Translations under genes and position numbers: made by a program
In this document: in pieces, positions 1-8,555 of the stretch
How the letters are laid out: the number at the start of each line of letters is the position of its first letter
Numbering within the stretch: the stretch's first letter is position 1
The notes under the pieces: model-generated
Database searches by the model: none
Seen by the model: the letters and a program-made list of their open reading frames with translations, nothing else
What the model was told of the DNA's origin: nothing
From: Kiritimatiellia bacterium
GTDB lineage: Bacteria; Verrucomicrobiota; Kiritimatiellia; RFP12; UBA1067
DNA: 64,000 nt
Reading direction: 5' to 3'
Assembly (NCBI GenBank): GCA_017395505.1
Contig: JAFPUH010000004.1
Coordinates: 7,910-71,909 of the forward strand

Positions 1-3000
1 GCATTCTTCAGGCTAAGGATACAACGTATTCTGGTCTGTTTGCAAGCAGCAACGACCGCATCGATGAAGTGTATGTGGCACCTGGTGAATCTACGGCAGG
101 TACGCTTACGCTTTCCGGTGCGCAAACGGCATCGAACGGTTTGATTGTCGAGACTGGTGCGTCCGTCAACCTCACCGGCACTTGGGTTGGTGATGCCACG
201 GTTTCCGGCACTTTCGGCGGTACAGGTACGCTGAACGGCGATTTGACATTCAGCGAGGGGTCGACAAATCGGGTGTTCGCGTCCGATACAGACGGCCTCG
301 TGGTCACCGGCACGCTTACATGTCCCGCAACGGGCACCGTAAAGGTCGATGTCAGCGGTATTGATCTTGAGGGCGTCTACTACCTTCCGATCTTGTCCGG
401 GCTGACTTCAGCCGATCCCGAGAAATTCGAGCTTGTCGACTCGTCGATTCCGTTTGGATTTGTTTTTGCGGGTGGAGAGCTGGGTCTTGAGCGCAAGAGC
501 GACTATCTGGAGCTTTATCACGACTACGTAACGTTTACGCTTAACAATATCGGCACTACGCCGATCACCAACTACACACTGCTGGTTCGTATCTCCACGG
601 CACAACTGCCAGGCTTCTCCTACGAAAGGGCGGGGGACGGCTCGAAAATCGCCTTTTCGGATGGCCATGGTGCGCCTCTTGTCCATGAAATCGATACGTG
701 GAATACTCACGGCGAGTCGCTTGTCTGGGTCAAGGTGCCGGAGGCGGTGAATGGTACGCAGGTAAAATTCTACTGGTCACTGAAGGACGGCGCGGATGCT
801 CCGGCAAACGATCCGACGGCAGTCTGGTCTGACTACACCGGTGTTTGGCATATGGGCAAAGATGGTTTAGATGAGACTGGCCTCAACACTTTTGTCAAGA
901 CGCGCGAAGACGTAGAGGAAAGAGTTGGACAGTTCGGTAACGCCTTGGGGGCATCTAGTGCACAAGGCGATGCCTTGCTGACATTCAAGCCAGGCGATGC
1001 GCTGGAAGAAATCACGAATTCCGAGTTTACGGTGAGTTATTGGGTTAACTTCGATAACGATAATGCGCATTTGCCGTATCTTTTTGGAAGACTTACGGCG
1101 GAAGGCAATCCTGGATATGGTGTAAGGCTCTACTATCGTGGAGATACAAGCAAGGGCGGCGTAAACAGGGCTGCAAATGGTGGTACATCCATTGCGGTCT
1201 ATCATGGCGGTGGATCTAATATTAGGTGGACATGCGACCCTGGTTTGATTGGCTTGGGCATAGGCACTTGGGTTAGGATGGATGTAGTCTATGGTGGAAC
1301 ATCAATAAAGATCTTTGTCAACGGAATAAAGCAGTTTGAAACGTCGGGCATAAACCCGTCCCAACACCCGATACGAAACGGCGACGCTGATTTTGGAATA
1401 GGAGGATTGGTAAACGGGGCTAATTATGCGCTTGTTGGTGCGATAGACGAATTCCGTATACACGCTGGTGGTGTTGACACCGCATTGCTTGCCGCTGAAA
1501 TAGCGAACGCCAACTTCAGCGACTATTGTGGTGCGCTCGAAGGCGATGGAGTGAGCTTCCTCGTGCCGGGCACTGTCGTCAGGGATGGCGTTGCGTATGA
1601 CTATTGGGTGAAGAGCCCGACGGTAACGCCAACTTACTGGAATACCAACGACGTTCCTGCTGTCGTTACATATACCGAGGGTGTTCTGCGTAGCGGCTCC
1701 AGCGTGACCAACTGGTGCGAAAACCTGCTCACTCATGAGGAGTACGACGTTTCTTCGGATACTCTTCGCAGTCTCCCCGGCGGCACCTATTGCATACACT
1801 GCAAAACCGAAGGGGCTTTCGAGATAGATGAGGACGAGAGGAAGGTTTACTTCACTATCGTCAAAGATTCCGGTACGGCATCCGCCGGCGATACGGCGGG
1901 CGGCCGCATATTGCTGATGAACAACGACTTCAGCCAGGGTGGAACGGCGGATGAGCCTACAATCGGATCTCAGGGCTATTCCGACACGAACGAAACCGCG
2001 GCTGTCTATTGGCAGTTCGCCGACAGGACGTCTTCGGGCATCACCACCATGAATGTCATGGATGGCACCAACTCCATACTGTGGTCCGTCAGCGACGACA
2101 AATCCGTCACCAACAAGTTGTGGCACCTCGTGGCTTCTCGCCACGGCAATACCTACCCGAGCGACGGCAGCGGCCTCGACGACAGCCAGAACTACCTGCC
2201 TTGGTCGACAATGTCGTGCTCGCTCACCAACGGCACAGTCGTCGCGCAGAGCGGCGCAGACGCCGGCCAGATATTGATGCTCAACACCACCGAGGCCGCG
2301 GTCTACTCGCCGTGCTACGACGAGGGTATCGGCACCATCTATTTCGACGCGGTCAACGGATGGAACGACGACCTAACCGCCTACCAGCTCATAGTCGAGT
2401 ATGCTACGGCCACTACGAACGGCGATCCGGTTGTAGACGCAAACCTCTGGCAGTATGATGACGACGGCAACGTCACCAACTACTACGGCAACCTTGACGC
2501 GACGTGCTGGCAGGCTTGCGAAGTCAATGTCGCCCGTGTAACAGGCGGCGATACGGTCAATGATCCGGTGACGTACCCGAGGGCGTTCAACCTTGAAGTC
2601 GAGTCGGGCCGCCCGACAACGACAGGCGAGTTCTACAGGGTCTACGCGAAGCTCAACGTGCGCGAGCCTGTCCGCTTCAGGATCCGCCGAACCAGCATCG
2701 ACGGCGCAAAGGCCGCTACTCCCGATTCGTCCTATCTGCTGCTCGACAACATAATAGTCTCCTATCCCGCGATGGGTGCAACCCTAAGCCCCGCCGGCTG
2801 GTATGACGAGACCAAGAAGGGGGCCAACGTAGTTGGTTTCGAGGGAGCCTTCACAAAGGCGTTCCCGGCTGTCGGCGACACGGTTCACGGCAAGGCGGTT
2901 GTCGACTACTACGTAAATTCATCCCAACATCTCACCGAAACGAACTTCTTCGCGTCGGCGACGATGAACTACCGCTGGCGCTATCTCAAGAATGTCTCGG

Positions 3001-6000
3001 AATGGAAGAGCGTAGCACTCGATCCGGATGATGATTTCCGTTCGGCCGAGCCGCTTGAGCTGCCGGATGAGGTGGGTGATATCGAGTTCTGGTACGAGTA
3101 TGTGCTGCAGGCGCCTTACTACAGCTATGCCGACTACACCGGCCTGCCGAATCTTGAAAACGCCTTTGCGGCGAAATACAGCGAGGCGACGCTTGGTCCC
3201 CAGACCAACCGCTCCACAAAGGTCGATTTCTCGTATCCGACCTTCGGCAACGACTGGTTCGTGCGCCTCAGGGCGAGTTCGAGCAGCAATGAGGTCTGGC
3301 GCGTCTTCGTAAGGAACGCCGACGGCTCCGCCTACTCGACTGAGGATGGAACCGTTGAATACATAGATCTTGCGGTGACGGATACCGGCTCGTGGCGAGG
3401 CTTCCTGCGTACGCCGGCGGCAGTCGAGGGCGGTCTGGAGTATCGTGTCGAGCAGATAAACCCCCAGGCGGATGACGCGGATTTCGCGTTCTCAACCAAC
3501 TATTGGAAGGGTGTCGCCGTATTCGCCGACACCATAAAGAGCGTCAATCTCACGGCCGCCGGTATCGACGAGTGGTCAACCGTGCCATGTGCGGCGACGA
3601 CGGGCTTTATGATGTTCGTGCTTGACGAAGGCACGCCGTCTCTCTCGGTGACGAGCGCCGACCTGCAGAACTTCGACAAGTGGAACGACGCCAACAAGAA
3701 CGACAGGCTCTTCGTCGGCACCTCGGCCGAGGATAACGCGAAGTCCGGCGTCTCGCACACGATGCGCACCTACGAGGCCGAGTTCGATATGTGGGCGCCT
3801 TCCGTCGCCACAAACCAGTACTGGATCGAGTCGTTCAAGGAGAACTGGACTCGCTACGTTGAATTCGGCGCCGGCACCAAGACGCCGAACGGCTGGACCG
3901 CAGGTTCGGGAATGTGGATATACGAGAAGTACAAAGACAACTCGTCCTCGGATTCCATGGCGCTTCAGATGGCAGGGCGCGGCGACGGATATCTGACGTT
4001 CGCCAACGCCGGCGAGAGGCCTCGCGGAATCGAGAGCATAAGCTTCCGCAGCAGGCTGGCGCAGAGTGCTTCGCTCGCCGATTTCGGCTACAACGAGAAC
4101 GTCCACAAGGGGCTGACCAACTACACTTTCGTCGTTCAGGCGGCGATGTCGACGAATGCCGTCACATCCGGCGGTGCGTGGGATGCCGGTTTCGACGGTC
4201 TCGGGCAGATATCCGTGCTGGGCGGCTATCGCGTCAACAAGGGCGGCTACGAGCTGCGCATTACCCGCTGGAAGGAGAAGCGCTATCGCGCGGAGCTCTG
4301 CAGGTGGGTGGGCGACGTCTGCACGGTCGTCAAGGAGTGCGAGGCGGATCTCGACTACGACAAGATGCCCTATACGATAATAAACGGCAGCGACTACCCG
4401 ACGCTCTTCATCTCGGTCGATTACCAGAGCGACGGCAGCTGCAAGGTGCAGGCCGGCTTCTCGGGCGAGGCGGGAGGGCCTTCCGGAATCGACGGCACGT
4501 CGAACGGACACTCCGCGTCTGGCGTTCTGCCGTCGACCGGCAACTACATAACATTCTCGTATACCGACACTGCCCCGCCCACCTCATACGGCACGTATGG
4601 CCTCGCCTCGGCAAACTGCGACGCCGTGTTCGCGGGCGCCAGGTTCTACGGCAAGGCCGCCGGCGGTTTCGACGATTCGGACGTGTTCAAGCGCGTTGCG
4701 TGCAACGGGTTCGATCCAGGTTCGGGCGCAACGTCCGAAAGCGAGGATATCGACGGCGACTGGGCGCTTCCCGTGCGCCTCACTTACGACACGACCGCGA
4801 AAAAGATCTTCTCCGTGGCCGACGAGCAGCCGCTTGTCGTGCAGTGGAAGCTGCCCGACGAAGGCGACCTCGAGTGGAAGGATATCGCCACAACGAACAT
4901 TTCGAGCTATACGCTCTCCGACACGATAACCATACCCGTCCTTCTCAAGGAAGACGCCTATGTGCGCATCAAGCACGGCGGCGCGAGGAGTGACAAGAAC
5001 TGCGTGGACATCGTGGTGGACGACGTGACCATAAGACAGTGGCGCGGCGACGACTACGACAACACGAAGACACAGACGTATTTCAGGGATGTCCTCTACG
5101 GTTCGCCAACCAACTTCGTATTCACCTCGGCATGGCTCAACGACGAGGGCAGCGTGGAGCTTACGGCCGCGAGAGCGGCGACCAACGAAGTCTCGTCGCT
5201 GCGTTCGCCGCTGATGGACGGCGAGTCCGGGCGCGGCGTCGGCCTCGGCATGTTCTCGTTCTCGTACACCAACGCCGACAGCCGCGCCGTGCTTTCGCTG
5301 CAGATTGCGACGAACGTGACGATGATGACGCTTGCCGAGTACACGAAGCTTGCCGTCGACGATTCCCGCTGGCAGACAGTCACGAACTTCGAGTTCTCCG
5401 CCATGAGCGAAGACGAGCTTGCCGGCGGCGTGCTGTCATGCTATCTCGGCATGCACGGCGTCAAGGGCGCTATGCGTCTCGTGGTCGATCCCGATACGGC
5501 GGTCGCCGCCGATGCCGCGAAGGATGCGGCATACGGGCGCATCTTCATCACGCAAGTCATTTGCCGCGACGAGCCGAGCCTCGACAGCTCCTGCTGGTGG
5601 GGCTGGAACATCCGCACTGGCGAAGACCTGTATTCCGCTGACGACAAGCTGCTTATGAACCTTTCCGACTGGCCGGGTTCCGGCGGAGCCGACGCGGGCA
5701 TGTCGTTCGCCCTCAACAACTCGGTGGTTGACGACACGGAGACGAGCGATCCGACCACATACCGCCAGCATCAGCCGTTCCTGCAGACGCCCATATTCAC
5801 GAACAACACCGCAGTCGGCGAGATAACCTTCAAGGCGCGCCGCTACGACATGCCTTCCGAGTTGACGCCCAGGGTCTGCATCTATGGCGCCAACCCGAGC
5901 AGCGGACACGTCGACACCAGCGATGACGCCAACTGGACATACGTGACCCACTTCGATGTCACCAACGACTTCTACCGCACCTACACCAAGAAGTTCAAGG

Positions 6001-8489
6001 GGGCGTCCTACGAGACGCTGCGCCTCGTAGTAGTGGGCGTCGATAACGTGGCGCAGAAGCATGGCAAGCCGACGAGCGATGCGGGCTACAAGGATCTCAA
6101 GGATGTGGTCCGCGTCGCGCTTGACGATGTCGTCGTCACCGAATCGCTCACGCCGAAGCTCGCCTTCAGGAACGTCTTCGCGTTCAGGGGCGACGAGTCG
6201 ACAGACCTTCTCGACACGAGTTACGTCGACCGCTTCGGCGACATCTCGGCTCAGCCGCTGGCCGGCGAGGGTTGGGGCGTGCAGGCCGAGATCGTGGCTG
6301 AGCAGCTGCCGGACGAAATCGACTTCGATCGTGGCATCGAGGTTACGCTCTACTGGTACGACGGCGATGTTACGCCTTGGGGCTACAGCAACTGGGAGTC
6401 GAAGGGTGGCGGCGTCGTGCACAGCGCCAAGCTTGTGAAGTGCGACGACAAGGATCTTGCGTTCAGGAGTTCGTTCAACGACGGGCACTCCGGCGCCTCC
6501 ATAGTTGGACAGTTGCCAGAGTATCCTTCGGGCACAATTGTGCAGTATATGCTCAGGGCCGCGTATTACCTCAAGGAGTCCGATGAGTTGCAGTACACCG
6601 ACCTCAAGCAGGAGCAGTGGACGAAGCCGGCGTGGTATCGCGGTATCGATTTCAATGCAACCTTCGGTGGATTCTCGGCCTACACTGTGCTCGACTCGGT
6701 TGCACCCGGGTGGGCGTGGATCAACGAGGCTAACGTATTCGGCGGCTATGAGTCTGACGACTCCACAAATCGCGACCGTCAGCACCAGTATGTCGAAGTG
6801 GCCTTCCCGGTAGAGGCAGATCTTACCAACTGGCGTCTCGAGTTCGTTGCCAAGGATACTGGTGACAATACCCACACGATTACGGCGCATACGTTCACCG
6901 CCGACCCCGCCACAGGCCGCACCAAGACCGACAACGTAGCGTCGAACTGCGTCTACTACGTCATCTCGAGTCCCGACTCGAAGAGCAACCTCGAGGCCAT
7001 GACTGTCGGCGGCCAGCCTGTGAAGGTTGACGCCACATGGGATATTCCTGCAAGCGAGCGCATCTACTTCCTAGATGACGACAATTCCCTTCAGGTTACG
7101 ACCTTCCCGGTGGCGATGCGCCTCGTGAGGCCGTCTGGCATAATCGAGCACGCCGTTACGTTCGAGGGCACGAACTTCTGGTATGGCATAGCCGGGCGTA
7201 CAGATCGCTCCGCTGAAGCCTTCGCCGACACGCTGAACGCCGAATCTTCCGATTCCGAATGGGTCGCCGTCGGCGACGACTCCATAGCCGGCAACCACTC
7301 CCTCGGCGTGACTAATCTTGCGGCAGATGTCGTCGCCAACTGGAACAACACGATGGCGCGCACGCCAGGCTTCATAAACGAAAACCAGAAGATCGATCCG
7401 AAGCACCCAATAGCGAACGGCGCCTCCTACATAGTGTATGCCACGTTCGCTGAAGACTCTGCGGGGCACATAACGCAGACGCTCGGCGCAGATGTCAATA
7501 CGACATCGCTCGCCATGGCTGTCGTCACCAAGGGCTTCTCTACGAACATCACATACAACGTCGAGAACTGGTATGAGCTCGCCAGCGTAAAGGTTGATGG
7601 CGCGGAGCAGACGCTCGACAGTCGCACCGGCACGGTTGTGCTGACGCTTGGCGGGCCTGCGACCTCGAACAACATAAGCGTCGTCGCTTCTTCGCGTATC
7701 GCCCCGACGCTTGCCGAGGATTGGGGCCTGACGCCCGACAACCGCTACACCTCCGCGGTGGTCGATTGGCTGAACAAGGGCAGCACATTGCGCGGAGCGT
7801 TCGCTAATCCCACAGGTCCGATAGCGGCTGCACAATTCATGCCGCTGTCTCTCGATGCCGACGATGCCAGCCTTCTGTCGCTCACCGAAATGTATTGGCT
7901 TGATATGGACCCGACGGCCGACTGCAATGGAGACGGCACTAACGATTGGTGGCTGGTCGGTGGCATGAAAGTGGCGCCCAGCCCTAAGATTATAGCCGAT
8001 CCACCCTTGACAAACATAATCATGGGTGCGTGCCTCTACATCACCAACGCAGCTCCCGTTGGTTATGGGGGCGGCGCCAGTTTCGCACCATACGCGCTTA
8101 GGGGTGTCGAGGCGGGTTCGATTTCCACCAACTACGCAAGCGGTCTCAGCAGAAGCTGGGATGGTCCGACATTCCGCATAATCGGCAGACTCTTTGAAAA
8201 AGTCGGCGATATAGAGCCTACCGGCGACGATGAGATGGGCTTTATCGAGTGGATTGCGCTCAGGTGGTTCGTGTTTGACGAAAACTCGTTCCGTCCGAAG
8301 GGGGCGAGCGACGAGTTCCAGACTATGATAGAGATCGTCGACCCGTACTCGTCAGAGTCGGCGGCCTACATCAAGAGGTGGTACACCCGCCGCGGAACAT
8401 CCACCATCTTCTACAAATGGTCCATCGACGACGGTGGCGGCCTGTTTGCCACCGAAACACTATGCCCGACAAACTGGCTCTCGAAGTAA
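1..8489 (+). CDS. Giant secreted/surface protein, 5' end outside the window (at least 2,828 aa visible). Order of modules: beta-helix-like G/T-rich repeats, a DUF2341-like + LamG pair, repeated jelly-roll modules, a lamin-tail-like segment.
   Basis: Frame 3 is open from nt 3 to TAA 8487-8489. The track start at 69 is a GTG inside an ongoing repeat (..DRIDEVYVAPGESTAGTLTLSGAQT..GTFGGTGTLNGDLTF), so the N-terminus lies upstream of the window. Motifs seen: IAFSDGHGAPLVHEIDTWNTHGESLVWVKVPEAVNGTQVKFYW (DUF2341-like); FTVSYWVNFDN...IDEFRIHAGG (Laminin_G_3-like); module ends LDNIIVSYP, VDDVTIRQW, ITQVICRDE, LDDVVVTES; WINEANVFGG..QYVEVAFPVEADLTNWRLEF (LTD-like). Confidence 0.85.
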   Translation, partial: ILQAKDTTYSGLFASSNDRIDEVYVAPGESTAGTLTLSGAQTASNGLIVETGASVNLTGTWVGDATVSGTFGGTGTLNGDLTFSEGSTNRVFASDTDGLVVTGTLTCPATGTVKVDVSGIDLEGVYYLPILSGLTSADPEKFELVDSSIPFGFVFAGGELGLERKSDYLELYHDYVTFTLNNIGTTPITNYTLLVRISTAQLPGFSYERAGDGSKIAFSDGHGAPLVHEIDTWNTHGESLVWVKVPEAVNGTQVKFYWSLKDGADAPANDPTAVWSDYTGVWHMGKDGLDETGLNTFVKTREDVEERVGQFGNALGASSAQGDALLTFKPGDALEEITNSEFTVSYWVNFDNDNAHLPYLFGRLTAEGNPGYGVRLYYRGDTSKGGVNRAANGGTSIAVYHGGGSNIRWTCDPGLIGLGIGTWVRMDVVYGGTSIKIFVNGIKQFETSGINPSQHPIRNGDADFGIGGLVNGANYALVGAIDEFRIHAGGVDTALLAAEIANANFSDYCGALEGDGVSFLVPGTVVRDGVAYDYWVKSPTVTPTYWNTNDVPAVVTYTEGVLRSGSSVTNWCENLLTHEEYDVSSDTLRSLPGGTYCIHCKTEGAFEIDEDERKVYFTIVKDSGTASAGDTAGGRILLMNNDFSQGGTADEPTIGSQGYSDTNETAAVYWQFADRTSSGITTMNVMDGTNSILWSVSDDKSVTNKLWHLVASRHGNTYPSDGSGLDDSQNYLPWSTMSCSLTNGTVVAQSGADAGQILMLNTTEAAVYSPCYDEGIGTIYFDAVNGWNDDLTAYQLIVEYATATTNGDPVVDANLWQYDDDGNVTNYYGNLDATCWQACEVNVARVTGGDTVNDPVTYPRAFNLEVESGRPTTTGEFYRVYAKLNVREPVRFRIRRTSIDGAKAATPDSSYLLLDNIIVSYPAMGATLSPAGWYDETKKGANVVGFEGAFTKAFPAVGDTVHGKAVVDYYVNSSQHLTETNFFASATMNYRWRYLKNVSEWKSVALDPDDDFRSAEPLELPDEVGDIEFWYEYVLQAPYYSYADYTGLPNLENAFAAKYSEATLGPQTNRSTKVDFSYPTFGNDWFVRLRASSSSNEVWRVFVRNADGSAYSTEDGTVEYIDLAVTDTGSWRGFLRTPAAVEGGLEYRVEQINPQADDADFAFSTNYWKGVAVFADTIKSVNLTAAGIDEWSTVPCAATTGFMMFVLDEGTPSLSVTSADLQNFDKWNDANKNDRLFVGTSAEDNAKSGVSHTMRTYEAEFDMWAPSVATNQYWIESFKENWTRYVEFGAGTKTPNGWTAGSGMWIYEKYKDNSSSDSMALQMAGRGDGYLTFANAGERPRGIESISFRSRLAQSASLADFGYNENVHKGLTNYTFVVQAAMSTNAVTSGGAWDAGFDGLGQISVLGGYRVNKGGYELRITRWKEKRYRAELCRWVGDVCTVVKECEADLDYDKMPYTIINGSDYPTLFISVDYQSDGSCKVQAGFSGEAGGPSGIDGTSNGHSASGVLPSTGNYITFSYTDTAPPTSYGTYGLASANCDAVFAGARFYGKAAGGFDDSDVFKRVACNGFDPGSGATSESEDIDGDWALPVRLTYDTTAKKIFSVADEQPLVVQWKLPDEGDLEWKDIATTNISSYTLSDTITIPVLLKEDAYVRIKHGGARSDKNCVDIVVDDVTIRQWRGDDYDNTKTQTYFRDVLYGSPTNFVFTSAWLNDEGSVELTAARAATNEVSSLRSPLMDGESGRGVGLGMFSFSYTNADSRAVLSLQIATNVTMMTLAEYTKLAVDDSRWQTVTNFEFSAMSEDELAGGVLSCYLGMHGVKGAMRLVVDPDTAVAADAAKDAAYGRIFITQVICRDEPSLDSSCWWGWNIRTGEDLYSADDKLLMNLSDWPGSGGADAGMSFALNNSVVDDTETSDPTTYRQHQPFLQTPIFTNNTAVGEITFKARRYDMPSELTPRVCIYGANPSSGHVDTSDDANWTYVTHFDVTNDFYRTYTKKFKGASYETLRLVVVGVDNVAQKHGKPTSDAGYKDLKDVVRVALDDVVVTESLTPKLAFRNVFAFRGDESTDLLDTSYVDRFGDISAQPLAGEGWGVQAEIVAEQLPDEIDFDRGIEVTLYWYDGDVTPWGYSNWESKGGGVVHSAKLVKCDDKDLAFRSSFNDGHSGASIVGQLPEYPSGTIVQYMLRAAYYLKESDELQYTDLKQEQWTKPAWYRGIDFNATFGGFSAYTVLDSVAPGWAWINEANVFGGYESDDSTNRDRQHQYVEVAFPVEADLTNWRLEFVAKDTGDNTHTITAHTFTADPATGRTKTDNVASNCVYYVISSPDSKSNLEAMTVGGQPVKVDATWDIPASERIYFLDDDNSLQVTTFPVAMRLVRPSGIIEHAVTFEGTNFWYGIAGRTDRSAEAFADTLNAESSDSEWVAVGDDSIAGNHSLGVTNLAADVVANWNNTMARTPGFINENQKIDPKHPIANGASYIVYATFAEDSAGHITQTLGADVNTTSLAMAVVTKGFSTNITYNVENWYELASVKVDGAEQTLDSRTGTVVLTLGGPATSNNISVVASSRIAPTLAEDWGLTPDNRYTSAVVDWLNKGSTLRGAFANPTGPIAAAQFMPLSLDADDASLLSLTEMYWLDMDPTADCNGDGTNDWWLVGGMKVAPSPKIIADPPLTNIIMGACLYITNAAPVGYGGGASFAPYALRGVEAGSISTNYASGLSRSWDGPTFRIIGRLFEKVGDIEPTGDDEMGFIEWIALRWFVFDENSFRPKGASDEFQTMIEIVDPYSSESAAYIKRWYTRRGTSTIFYKWSIDDGGGLFATETLCPTNWLSK

Positions 8490-8496
8490 GGAACGC

Positions 8497-8526
8497 TTGC
8501 CAAAATGCACTTAAATTTGATAAAAT
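8497..8526 (+). promoter_or_regulatory. sigma70-like promoter candidate, TTGCCA-18-TAAAAT with a TG extension, upstream of giant gene 2
   Basis: TTGCCA at 8497-8502, TG at 8518-8519 and TAAAAT at 8521-8526. It sits in an AT-rich island within the 66-nt gap. Confidence 0.45.
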
Positions 8527-8555
8527 CTACAACGGTGTCTAAAAGAGGAAACAAC

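Noticed and set aside
69-71. GTG at 69 as the true start of giant protein 1
   Set aside because: The frame is open back to nt 3. The residues before and after 69 belong to the same G/T/S-rich repeat, and there is no signal peptide or Shine-Dalgarno sequence. The gene is therefore truncated by the window edge.
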